From Cenococcum geophilum (lineage: Eukaryota), in NCBI GenBank assembly GCA_050273025.1, contig CP158636.1:9362001-9426000 (forward strand): a stretch of DNA of 64,000 nt, read 5' to 3'. Shown piece by piece: positions 10,940-24,064 of the stretch. The notes under the pieces are model-generated. The model saw nothing but the letters and a program-made list of their open reading frames with translations, did not search any database and was not told the DNA's origin. Each line of letters starts with the position of its first letter. Position 1 is the first letter of the stretch. A program made the translations under genes and the position numbers.

Positions 10940-13900
10940 TACTCTACTACTGTAGAGTCATTAGGGGGCGCCTGTTGCTCGCCCCCCCGCCCTCTATTAC
11001 CATTTCCCTTACAACCCAGAACTGGTTTAGTATATTTTAGCTAATAAGCTACTAGGTAACCGCCTTAAGGCCTTTTTATATTAAGAGCAGTATATTATAG
11101 TTCTCTATACTAGCTACTAAGAGCATTATTTCTTAGTTAGTGCGTAAGGGGCATAATAGTATTACGTGTTTTGGTGTCTATCTTAGCCAGCTACATTCGT
11201 ATCTTAGGCTACCTACTAGGACACCCACCTAGTAGAGCCAGTCTTTTAGTCCTATTATTCCTGTTCTTAAGAGTGTTACTATTATATTTTCTACCTTCGT
11301 TAGGCCTTCTCGGAGCCCTAAAGTGTTTACCCCCTATAGCGTTAACTATGCTACAGCTTAGGTTCCTCTTGCCTTAGTTAGCCTCTATACCTTTAACTCC
11401 TATATACCTCTCTAGCGTTAGTCCAACCAGTATTATATTACGGTAGATAGTTTCCTAGCGTTCTTTTATACTCTACTTTAGCTCCTTTCTCTCTCTTACT
11501 ATTATCTTTACTGGCCTCTTATACGTCTCCCTTCCTCCTCTATATAGGGCTAGGCCCTAAAGTAGCACCATTCTTCTTTTACTTTTTTTACTTATTTCTC
11601 TAATATGTTTTCCCTACTTTAGGGTTATTAGTTTATTCTCCTATAGGGCGCCCTAGGGTCCCTCCATAGTTTATTTAGGCGTGTCTTAATATACTTTATA
11701 ACATTAGAGTTACGTTTATTTTACGCCCTTTATATTACAGTGGCTTTAATATATAGTTATAGGGGGGGAATATTAGCTTCCTTCTTAAGCAGTGCTATAG
11801 CCATTCGCTTATATCCGCCTATTATACTTTAGAGGTAGGCTGTTTAGACCTTTTAGAGTGGTTTAAGGAGCGACTTAGGGGGGCCTTTCTTAGATTTTTT
11901 AATAGCCTAAATACTGGACCTATACGTTATGGTTGGCCGGACAACTGCTATATATAATAGGCGTAACCTCTAAAAGCATGGACCCTATATAGAGTTAACA
12001 ATCCTAGATAATACGATATACTATACTTAGCCCTTACGGGCCGCTTACGCCGTATATACGCTCTACTAAAGCTTACTGTCTACCTATACTCCTAATACCC
12101 TTAGGCCTTAAACTAGTTAACCCCTAAAGCCTTAGATATAAATTATATACTAAAGATCTGCAGATTAGTTGCGTTTTCTTATAAAATAGATTAGCTGGTA
12201 TTTCTCTAGTAAGAATTAGACTCTATATCGTCTTGCCTATTTTATATAGGTATTATAAGCTTTCTTTAGTATTCTACAATTCTCTGCGGCTATTAGCCCG
12301 TATATAATTAGGTTTATATTACTAACGAAGCCTATTCCTTAGGTCGCCCCTTCCTTAAAGGAGTTAAGCAGGTTGCTTATAAAGAAAAGGAAGAGTATAG
12401 GCGAGAGGGGTAATCCTTGTAGTATTCCTGTTGCAACTATAATAGGGGGGCTTTAGTATCCGCTAAAGACTAATAATATTTCTTTCTAACCTATAAACCC
12501 TTAAATAAATTGTATAATCTATTCTAGGAAGCCTTTTACCCTAAGGATATATAGGAGACGCTTGTAGGGTATATTATTATAGGCGCTACTAATATCTAGG
12601 CTAAGTATTAATACTACAAAGTCCCTTCGCATCGCCTATACGGATTTAATAGTGGCAGCGAGTAGCGTAAGTGCTAATAGTGTTAAGCGGTTCTTTCTTG
12701 CCCCTATTTAGCTCTATAGTAATAGGGCGTGTTCCTTAGCTATATCTGCTATATAGTCCGCTATTACCTTTTCTAAGATCTTACTAAGGGTGTTTTCTAA
12801 GGCAATAGGGCGGTAGCTTCCTAGGATTAAGTAATTTGCTTTACCTTCTTTTTATAAAATAACCGTTATTATAGATCTTCCGAGTTACGAGTAGTAGCCT
12901 ATAGTAAAGCATGCTCTAGCTATATCTATAAGCTAGGGTGCTATAAGTAGTCCATAGGTCTTTAGGGCCTTATTTAAAATCCCATCTAGTCCTAGTGCTA
13001 TATTATTTAAAAGGCGGCTAATAGTTCTAGCCATTTCCTCTGTTATTATATCGCTGTTAACCTACAGGCGAGTTACCAGTGTTTTACCCATAATATTACT
13101 AAGGTCTGCTAGAGCTGGTTAGGGGAAGAACCTTTCTATAAGGATCTTTACCTTCTTATTATTATTATTAGTGGCCTATAATTCCCCTGCTCTTTATAGG
13201 GGTAGTAGGTATAGATCTTCTACTAGTTACCCTACCTTTTTCTTTACCTATTTTGCTATAGCCCACAGGCCCTTATTATAGGGGAGGCTCAGGTTAAAAG
13301 TATACTTATTTATAAATCGTCTCCAGTTATTCCTTACTTTTTTTTTAGGGTATTCTTTAACTAGTTTCTTATGTCTTTATATTGTCTCTTATCTTTAGGG
13401 TTATAACTGCTTAAGTATTTCCTTCTTACTCGTTATTAGCTAGCTATAAGAACCGCGTATTATACGGACTATATATATTACGTATAGGGGCCCGGTCTTA
13501 AGACCGGGCAGTACTCTTTTAACCCATTTTTAATTGCTGCCTAGATCCTTTCTAGTTTTCAGTTAATCTCCTTAGGGGTAGCTAATAAGCCTCGCTTATT
13601 TAGTATTAGGTAGATTTCTTCTAGGTCTTAGAGTTGTTATTTAACTATATTAAGGAAGCTATCTGCCTTAAGCATCCTTATTACGTATCTTTTGCTATTT
13701 AGTTACGCCTTAATATCCAAATCTAGCTGTATCTAGATAGGGATATAGTCTAAAGTAAGTGCCCATTCTTCTTTAGGGTTGCACCTTTTAAGTCTCTAGT
13801 ATAGGCCTTTGTCCATAAATATAAGGTTAATTGTACTTTTGGCGGATCCTCGTTACCATATAATTGCTCTAGGGGGGGTAGCCAGCTTAAGGCCCTAGGT

Positions 13901-14420
13901 GTCTATAGCTTTTAGTAGGCACTCTACCTATTATTTAACAGCGATATAGATACCCCCCTACTACGGGTAGTAGAGGTTTATATCTCCTAATAGGATAAAC
14001 TCTATGCCTTTGGTTTTAAGTAAGCTTATTACTAATATAATATTCTCTGTTTATAGGACCCCTTTAACCCTAGGGTTATATATATTAATAATTTATACCA
14101 GTCCTCTATATATTTAGATTATTACAACTATAATATCTAGATTAACTACCTGCTATAACCATAAGGATAGGCTAATAGTCTTACTAATTATAAAGCACAC
14201 GCGTATAGCTGCTTTTAGTTTGTATAGGAGCTAGAATCCTTAGGGGCAGTATGTCAATTATATGTAGGTATTATAGTACGGCTCTTATATAGCAAGGATA
14301 TAGTATTTCTCTAGGTCTAGACTGTCTAGTAAAGGCCTTATAAGATGGTGGTTTGTGTTACTACAGTTATACTATATAATGGATAGGTAGCGGACCCCCA
14401 GTAAGGGTCCTTCGCCTCTC
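10940..14420 (-). pseudogene. LINE ORF2: AP endonuclease - reverse transcriptase - C-terminal CCHC, RIP-inactivated
   Basis: Back-corrected IIQYNC..ILAIQEP (APE), SYRPIALENTLSKILEKV, LSLDISGAYDNV, GIPQGSPLSPILF, LLRTGMIGL..CECGWPRQTPKHV..CP. No RNase H recognised. Ends approximate. Confidence 0.88.
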
Positions 14421-14429
14421 TATTATTCC

Positions 14430-17400
14430 TTACTTCTTCTATTTCCACTTTCTCTAGGATATTTAAAACTTCTATCTCTTATATCTATACCCTAGTTACT
14501 ACTCATTTTATATAGAGCTTTCCATTCCTATATCTTGTATTCCTACTAGCGCTTCTATATCTAAATCTGTTATTATCTCCGGTTCTTCCCCTATTCTTAC
14601 TAGTTAGCTATACGCCCTTTAAGAGTTGGCTGCAAATATTATATTTACTGCGTTAAGTCTAATTCTTAATTGTCCTGGTCTTAAGCTTACTATAGCTGTC
14701 CATAAGGGTCTTCCTATAAGGTATCCTCTCCCTTATATCCCCTATAACCCTTATATCCCTATATAGTCTAGTAATATTACGTGGCGTCACTTCTAGCCCG
14801 TTAAGGCTTGGGATAGCTAGCTTAGCCCCCTAGTGTTAAAGGTAGGAAACGCTAGAAAGGCACCTACGCCCCCCTAGCTTATTGCCTGTTATTTCTATTT
14901 ATATAACCTCGCGTATAGTTATTCCCGTAACTATTAAGCCCTTACCTTCCGTCTCCTATATTTAATATAGTCTTCTCTCTCCTATACCTTATATATGCTT
15001 TAGTAGCTATTAGGAATAAAGGCAAGGGGTTACTATATAAGGTATATTACCGTCACGTATAGCAAGTTACCGTTACGTGCGGCAAGTTGCCGTCACGTAC
15101 CGCCGCGGCACTAGTGTAGTGAGGAACCTTAAGTTCCTTACCCCTTTCTTCAGAAAGAATAAGAATAATTATTATTATACTATCTACGAACTATAGCTAC
15201 GTAATATTACCTTATGAAACTAATACTAATTAGTAGTTAACTTTACTATTATACTACAGAACAGCTAGGTATTTTACTAAGAAGAGACAAGCTACTGTAC
15301 TAGTGCTACTTATATTAAAGGAAGCTATCTTTTAAGGTTAGAACTAGTCCTAAACCTTATATAGAACTCTTCTACAAATCTAAGAATTTAAAGGCTAGAA
15401 CTAGTCCTAAGCCTTTTTAAGATTATAGATTCTTGTGTCTATTATATAAAATAATACACTTTATAAGTCTTTATAATTTAAGGCTAGAACTAGTCTTAAG
15501 CCCTATAATTACAAATATATATTATAAACGCGTACTAAATAATAATCCCTACGCTAATAACACTTCCCTCCCTCTAAAAATATAGCTACGCCTACTTTAA
15601 ATAACTAGGAAGACTCCTTACTACTAAAGGTAGCTTTATACGTGAAACTTATTAATAAAAATTAGAACGAATTTACCTTTAATATAATAACTTATACCAT
15701 AAAATAAGTTAATAGCTTTCTCCTATACTATATTATATTCTACTAAAGTAGATACTATACTAATATATAGCTATAGGAATATTTTAGGGAGGATTTTATA
15801 GGATAGACTGCTAACACCTAGGCACTTAGCAATATTAATATTATTTAGGATTTTTAAGACTTTCTTTATAGGAATAGGGTATATATTACTAAGAACAGTA
15901 ACCTAATTACTAGTAATATTTAGGCTGTTATTACTAGTATAGAAGAACTAGTATAGATAAAAGCTAAGATTATACATTAACCACAAAAACCTAGAACTAA
16001 CCTATATTCTTTAAAAGGTAACTTTAATTTAGAATAAAAACCCTAGAACACTACTCTCCTACCTAAAGGTACTCTCCTACCTAAAGGTACTTGTCCTCTA
16101 CCTCTGCCGCCTTTAGCTCCTTTACTTTAGCTAACTAGTAACCTTCTACTATAAAAAGTTACAAATTTAATAAAGGTATATTTAGATAAAGAGAAGAAGT
16201 TTAGAAGAGAATTATATAATATACTTAGAGTAAAACTATAGGTTTTCTATAACTGTTATAATAAGGTTAGAATTTAATACTACTAGTACTACTACGCTTT
16301 CTCCATTATATTAAAGGGATGGGCAGTAATATTTTATTATAACCATATTATAGGTAAAAACTATAGCTTTAATATAATGCTTTAGCTTACTAAAGCCTAC
16401 TTTAAGACTAATAAAAATCGCTAACTTTATATATTTAAATAGCGAGAGACTATATTTTAAAGAGTTATTACTTCTAACCTAATAAAGACTTATTTAGAGT
16501 ACCTTTAATTACTCTTTAATAAACTCTAAAAAATCTAATATAAACTTATTAAAACTTACTAAAATAAGAATAGCCTAAGGGACTAGGTTATTTTACTATG
16601 CTATAGCGTTCCTAAGTATAACTTAGCGCTATATAAACCTGTAGATATATTTAAAGGAGTATATACTAAGCTACGCTTTGCTATAGGTACTATAATACAA
16701 ATATAAGAATCTTAATAGTTCTATACTAAAAGCCCTACCTAATTAAGCGTTCCTAACTAATATAATTATAACTAGACTAATTAAATATATAGCGGCCGTA
16801 GTAGGGAATATAGTGAAGGGTATAATTAACGTTAACTATAAGATAATCATGGAGGTCCTTATAGAGGTTTATTTTAAAGTAATTACTAAAAAAAGTGCTA
16901 CGTTTATAAGAAGCTAAATTACTAGTTAACTAGATACTCCCTTAATAAGCGAAAAGAGGTATATAATAAGTTCTATTAAAGTATAAAAAATATTAAAAAT
17001 TATAAAGTTACTGCGGCCTACTTTTAAAGCTTTCTGGTTTAATATAAAGGCGTAAAAAACCTTAAGGGTAAGGTTAATAAGGTTAAACAGCTCCTTATAG
17101 ATATAAAAATTAAGAACTACTCCCCTAATTAATACTTTACTAAGTATAGTAAGGTAGATAGTATATAAACCGTTACTATTCTTAATAATTAATCTATGCT
17201 CCATTTTATTATAAAATTAGATATCTTTAATAAGCTAAAGGAGAGTTCCGCGTTTTTCTTTAATAATAGATACTTAGTATATATCTTCTATAGTATTATA
17301 CCGGATATAGGAGCCGCAGGAGTATCTATAATAGGAGAACCTTAAGTTTAAGCCTTTTAGCAGCTTAATAACTCTATTTAAATTAACTATTTAATAGTAG

Positions 17401-20400
17401 GCTAATATATAATTTATTTTAGTAAGGGTACTATAATCTTTTTTGGCATAATTAGGGTCCAAACCCCCTTAGGATATATTACTTTCTATATTATTTCTAT
17501 AAATACTTCGTTTCTATTTTATATTAAAGATATAGATAAATTAGGCGTTAGGCTTAATAACTTTAAGAATATACTTATTTAGGGAGATAATTAGGTACCC
17601 GTTATGCGCAAGTAGGGTTACCCCTAGTTACTCCTTTATTAACTAGAAAAGAGTATTACTTAAAGCTACTTAACTAAGTTAGAATTACGCTAACTACACC
17701 ATCGCTTTAGCCACCTATCCGTTTATTAATTACTTAAGGTTCTTTAGTAACTAGGCTATAAAGTTAAGGTTAAGGCAATTAAGCATTTTATAAAGTACTA
17801 TTATTACTACTAAATAAACTAGAAGTCCCCTAGCTAATTTAAGTTTACCCTTAAGGATAACTATAACTTTAACTCCTATATTATTATTAATGTTATATAT
17901 CTTAGCGGCAAGCTAATACTCTAAGTTATTAACTTCTTAACCTTCTTTTAAGCCGTATAATTTTTAAAGGATATATTAGCTAGGAACGCATAGGATACCC
18001 TTTAATTATACTAGATTAATATCTACTTAGGACCCCCTAATTAAATCGTCTATAATATAGAAAAGAATTTCTTATCTATAGAGTTCTAATAATAGATAAA
18101 GGCAATAGTAATTAAGGTTAAGGAAGTCCCCGTTAAGGCATATAATAGTATTAAAAAAGTAATATAATATTATACGCTATTACGCCGCGTATATAAGATT
18201 ATCTCTTTAAAACTAAAGAATGCTAGTAAAAAACTTACCTTATAAATAGCTATTAAAGCTATTAATAATTCCGCTAGCCCGGATAAACTTATACCTATAT
18301 TACTAGTCTTTAGCGCCTACCCTTAAATAACTAACAATTTTTTACTATCTCCCTCTATTATATAATAAGCTAAGGCTATTTACAAGGTAATAAAGGAGGT
18401 GCGATATCTCTATGCTATATACTAGGTTAATAACGCACTAGAAGTAAGAAATGGCCTAAATACCTTAACTACGCTTAATCTACTACTTTAGTCTAAAGTA
18501 CGTATATAGCGTAAAAAGGGAGAATAGTTAGGCCTATACTAACTTATTATAATTAATAGCCAAACTTATACTATTTAGATGCCTTATAGACCTACTTAAT
18601 TCTATTTAACTATTATTAAGCCTTACTATAAAGATAATAATTCTAAGCCTTTATAGAATGCCCTAGAAAATACCCTAGAGAAGAACTATAATTAACGTAC
18701 TCTAGAAGGCGACTATAATTCTAATATAATTATAGTAGATATACCACAACTATAACGCGGTAGAGGTCGCCTAAAGGGATTACAAAATCGCTAATATCTT
18801 ATTAATTTTAAAGAATAATTTGTTGCCGCTATTAAGAATAAAGTTAAGTTATTAATGGCCTTTATAATAGCTAAAGAGAAGGCTAATTTTAAGCTTATAA
18901 AATAGCTTTAAAAGGAAGGTTATATTATAACCTTAGAAGCTTCTTTCCAAGCATTTAATAAGTAGGAGATTAACGGTCTTATTATAAGAGGAGTTTTTAA
19001 ATTTAAGAAGTATAACCCTACTAAGTTTAATAAAGTTCGCATCTTTAAGTTAAAGATAGTTAATAAAATTAAGGGTAAAGCTATTAACGCCCTATTTAAG
19101 AAATTAAGGCTTATTATTTAAGGTTACAATAATAATAGTAAAGAGATAATTCTTATATAATCTCCTATAATTTAACGAGCTAGTTAACAAGTTATTATTA
19201 TATTAGCTCCCTCCTTAATAAAAAATAGAATAGCGGTTTATTTATAAGATATTACTTAAGCCTATACCTAATTAAAGACGCACCTTTAGCGCTTAATATT
19301 AGTATACCTTCTAGAGTAAATTCGCTGCTAGTATTCTAAAGATACGATTATAGTTATACTTAAGCTATTATATAGAATTATAAAGGTAGGAACTTATTAG
19401 TAGGCTATTTATAGCAAGCACCACAAAGAGAAGTTTTTAATAACTATATCTATATTTAATCCCTACTTCCTTATTATAACTATAAGAACTTTATTTAGAA
19501 TTATTGGTATATAAACTAATGATATAATTATCCTAGGAGACAACTAAATCTTAGCTTTTAAAGAAGATAAGCTAGTAAAGGCAAATCTTATAGTAAAGCT
19601 AAAAGAAAAGCTTAATTTAATAACACTATTACTCTTTAATAGATATATCCTCTCCCTAAATAAGGATTCTATTACTTTACGCCAGAAGGGTTAAGGTAAG
19701 AAGATTAACGTTATTAATATTAATTCTCTAAAGTAAGGATATGTAGAGTAACGTACTCGCGGAGCTTATATTACTTTTATCTATTAACCTAAGGCTTTAT
19801 TTAATCTCTTTATTACTACCTAATACTAGGAACTAACTAAGAATAATATTCTTACTCTAAATAAACGTCTTTTCTAGTAAATAAACTATCTTAATTAGGG
19901 ACTACTCTATATACCTATTAATCTTCCTACCGCTAAGCTCTTTATATTTATTAATAGATCGTTTATAAATAATAAAGATTTTAGCTCCTAGTTAGGATAT
20001 AAGATTATTATTATAAACGAATTTACTAGAGAGAATAACTTTATAATCTATAGTAATCTTATCTATTAGAGCTTAGTTAAGAGTAAGCGCATTACCCGAA
20101 GTGTTTTAGCGTTAGAGATATATAGAATAGTTAGCGGAGTTAATATAGCAATTACAATTAGAACTACCCTAAAGATAATTATAAATTAACTTAAACTTCC
20201 CGTTATCTCTATAATTATATACACTAACTTATATTCCCTCTATAAATATTTAGTTAAGCTTAATACTATAAAGGAGAAGCGCCTTATAATTAATATTATA
20301 GCACTTTAGCAATCCTATAAGTGTTAAAAACTCTTTAAGATTTAATAGATTAATAGCTAAGATAACCTAGTAAATATAATAATAAAGGCAAACCTAAATA

Positions 20401-21780
20401 AGGCATTAGAGACGTTTATTAATATAAATACTCTACGTATATAAGTTAAAGGTTAGGTTAAAAGGGAGTCCTTAGAAATTTCTTAGTTATATAAGGTCTT
20501 AAGATGTCTAGAAACTTTAACTAGCGGTTAAAGTTATCTAATTAGTTAAATTCTCTTACTAAGACTTTTTTAGAGGGGGGAGCCTAACTTAACCCAGCTA
20601 ATTAGGATTTTCCATCCCTAGGATAGAAAATTGCTATTAGCTTACTTACTACTAGCGCCTTGGCGGCCCTACTAATAAAATACCTACCTATAACTTATAA
20701 GTAAGAAAGCACTACGTACTAAAAGGGAAATTTTAGGATAGCGAGACTTATGTTATAATAGCAATAGTAAGTAAGAAGGATTAATATTTATTCCGCTAGT
20801 TAAGCGGTATATATATATAGATAGCAACTATAAAAAAAAGAGTTGCTAGTATTAGGAATAAAGGTAAGGGGTTACTATATAAGGTATATTACCATTATAT
20901 ATAGCAAGTTGCCGTTATATACGGCAAGTTACTGTCATATACCGCCGCGGTACTAGCGTAGTAAGGAACCTTAAGTTTCTTACTCCTTTCTTTAGAAAGA
21001 ACAAGAACAATAATTATCATACTATCTACGAACCGTAGCTACGTGATATCACCTTGTGAAACCAACAGTGGCAGTTTACGCATTTTATTTAGTCTTAATT
21101 TAAGTAGTGTTTTATATTGTAGGGGCCTATATAATAGCCGTAGCACACCTATACTGCGCATGTGGATTAGGTATATCCCTATTATATATAGCAATAGTAT
21201 TATTTTAGGCGTAGTCTATAGTTATAGAGCCTTATATTATATATAAGGCCGTTTATAATTATTCCTTTTTAGATAAGAAGTTTTTACATTCCTAGTGTAT
21301 GTGTGCTGATAATAAGGGAGCTATGAGTTTGTCCGGCGTCTCCCTAGCAAGTCTTTAGCAACCCTTATATCCTCTTATTATTCTTATTATTTACTTAGTT
21401 TACATTTTCCTGTTAAAGCCATTAGATTTAGGTGATCTTAAGTTCTAGTATAAGGCGTTCCGTTTGTCTTACTATCTCCTATATAATTGCTGTATTATCC
21501 GCCTAGCGTCCCTTTTCTACCCTAAGGCTTATAGGGACCGCTAGGACTTCGACTAGGTAATCCTTACGGAGTACTTTTATGCTAATACGTTCTCCTAGCC
21601 TATCCCCTACCCTTACGGCTCGTTCCTTTACCTATTGGTCCTTTAGGGTAACTCTAATGTCTCCGCTCCTAAGGTATTAGACCGCAATAGTGTCGTAGAC
21701 CTCTTTATAGATTTCTATAAGGACTTCTGTTTCTAATTGTCCCCTAAGCCCCTTGCTTTTTCTATATTTAGTTATATTGT
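14430..21780 (-). pseudogene. LINE ORF1 (gag-like, Cys/His knuckles), split by Copia at 15008-21067
   Basis: Back-corrected QCYKC..GH..C, YCAGPH..C and KCVNC near 21070-21200. The frame resumes left of 15008. Ends approximate. Confidence 0.7.
15008..21067 (+). mobile_element. Ty1/Copia GalEa-clade LTR retrotransposon (Copia-1), full length, RIPed
   Basis: 218-bp LTRs at 15008-15225 and 20850-21067. TSD gtagc/gtggc. CTAATTAGT (RIPed CTGATCAGT conserved hairpin site) follows the 5' LTR. Gag-pol ~15582-20475 with KSRLVIQGY, DITQAY, KPLYG, GMQTDD, FVDGSFANNKD, TDSYSLYECLVKLGTTKEKRLMID; domain order INT-RT-RH. Confidence 0.95.
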
Positions 21781-23852
21781 AATTATATACCCAGTTATTG
21801 TCTTAAGGGAGGTAAGTTCCCTGTGCTGTGGAAGCGCAGCTACGGCGGCTAATATAATATATTAAAAAGGCTTTAAAGTACTATATAAAGCTATAAGTAG
21901 AGCTTTTATAAGATTAAGACTAAGAATTTAAATTTTAGGTAGTTAGTAGTTTAGTATATATAGCCTACTATATATACTACTAAGTGCTTAAATTTTAAAA
22001 ACTATAATTAATAATAGAAATTTACTAAATCTTTACCTATTTAAACTACTTTTTTATACTTATATATAATACTACTTATTATTTTATTATTACCTTATAT
22101 TTAAAGCTATAGGTAAACCTATTTAATTACTTAAATAGGAGCTAATTATATAAGTTTTAATTAATTTTAGTAAAAATAATTTCTATATAGAAGTTAAGAC
22201 TAGTATTCTTTAGCCTACTTTATAACACTAAAGGGCAAATTTAAAGAAATATATCTAGGATAATATACTAATTAAGGTAAATAGTAGGCTGCTTATAAAT
22301 AAAGCTCTAGATGTCTAATATTTAGTAATACTATTAATATTAATAACATTAATATATATTTTAATTAAAGCCTTCTTAAATACCTTTTATATAATCTAAA
22401 CGCTTATTATAAAGAGATACTCTAGTTTTTATATAATAACTATAATATAGTAGTAGTATAAAATATACTATTCGCTATATTAACGTAAAGGAGATAAAGT
22501 GGAAAGGTTATAGGGATAATAATATAATAATATAACCTAGGCCTAAGAGATAACTAAAATATTTAAATCTATAGCTATAGGCGCAAGTAGTTTGTTTTTA
22601 TTAATAAATTGCCTTATAATAAGAAGATAATAAGTAGGAGGTATAGGTAGGTACCTATTAAGAAGCCTATTAAAGAAATATTAAAATAAAAAATATTTAA
22701 AAAATAGAGCTTACTACTAATATATATCTAATAAGGTAATATACTAGGGCGCTATTAATAGATAAAGAATAAGGTTTTTACTTATATATAGCCTTATTTA
22801 GTTCTAGTAATAGATAATCTATTAATATATTATAATAAGGTATATATTAAAGGATAGGCGTACTACTAATACTGCTAGTAGTAGGCTTAAATATCTTTTT
22901 CTTTACTTACCTAATTATAATCTAATTAAAGTTTTTTTAAACTTAAAGTAGTAGCTATATATTTATTAATTTAAAGCTAAATTATAAAATAACTGTTGGG
23001 AATGAGGCAAGCGGTCATCACGTAACGCCGCGGCACTAGCGTGGCGAGGAGTCTTAAGCTCCTCGCCCTTCCTTATTTTAATTAATAAGCTTTATTAACC
23101 AACATCACTATAACCTACTCGAGTAGTCGTTATTGGTAAGTCACCCTATGTAACCAACACTGATTAGTGGTTGAATACACAGTCAACTATAGAGCAGCTA
23201 GGTTTTTGAATAGAAGAGATAGTCTTATATAGGGGTGCCATATACGCTTATATGGAATAGATCCCGGCAATACTATACTACTTTAAACTTACGGAAAACT
23301 AGTAATAGAAGTGTCACTAAGTACTAGGAGATACTAAGTTGCATTTATTACGTAGAATAACCGCGTTTACAAAGATTTGGTTAAGTACTTTAGGTCAGAA
23401 GTGTTACTAAACCTAAAGTCCTAAGTTAATGTCCAAAACGCGTCAAATAACCACCTTAATACCCTCCGTATACCTTCGCAGACTATAGAATTACGATTAC
23501 TACCTAATTACACGTTAAACAACCTTTAAAAACAGCTATTATGGCGTTAACCTACCTAAAGAAGTGCGAGGACGACATTAACCTAGAGATATAAAACACC
23601 GATATAACTAACCTTAAAGATATTAAGCAGCAAGACTTAAACGGATTCTTATAATACCGTATAGTACACTATAAAGACAGCAAATATAACGACACTATGC
23701 TATAGTACTGTGTAAGGGAGGACTTTATTAGATAGATAAAGGGAACATAGACTCCTATAAAAAAGGATATTATATAAGACTTCCGTAACTTCTTACGGGA
23801 GTATAGAGTCTTTATACCTATGGATGGGGGTACTATTAAAGATAATATTTAG

Positions 23853-24064
23853 TGTGAGGTGAGGATGTGGATAGGGAGTCCAATGATAGAACAATGGGTA
23901 TATTGTATAGACAGAGACGAATCCTTAAGGGAGAAGGAGGAGTCTGAGGTGCGAGGTAAGGGGTTTCCATAGGCACGTGCAGCGCACGTGCCTCACAGGC
24001 GAGTCGCCTGCGGGTCGCCTGTACCTCGCAGCTATATAGCTATCTACTCAGGTTTCACCTGACA
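23853..24064. mobile_element. Solo LTR (212 bp) inserted in Copia-2 gag
   Basis: TGTGAG...CTGACA termini; TSD tttag on both sides. Confidence 0.9.

Larger units (their letters stand above)
10682..21849 (-). mobile_element. Full-length Tad1-like non-LTR retrotransposon (LINE), interrupted by a Copia element
   Basis: 13-bp TSD taacataatatat (10669-10681) / taatataatatat (21850-21862). Short (ATT)n 3' tail at ~10682-10693. ORF1 and ORF2 remnants on the minus strand. Confidence 0.9.
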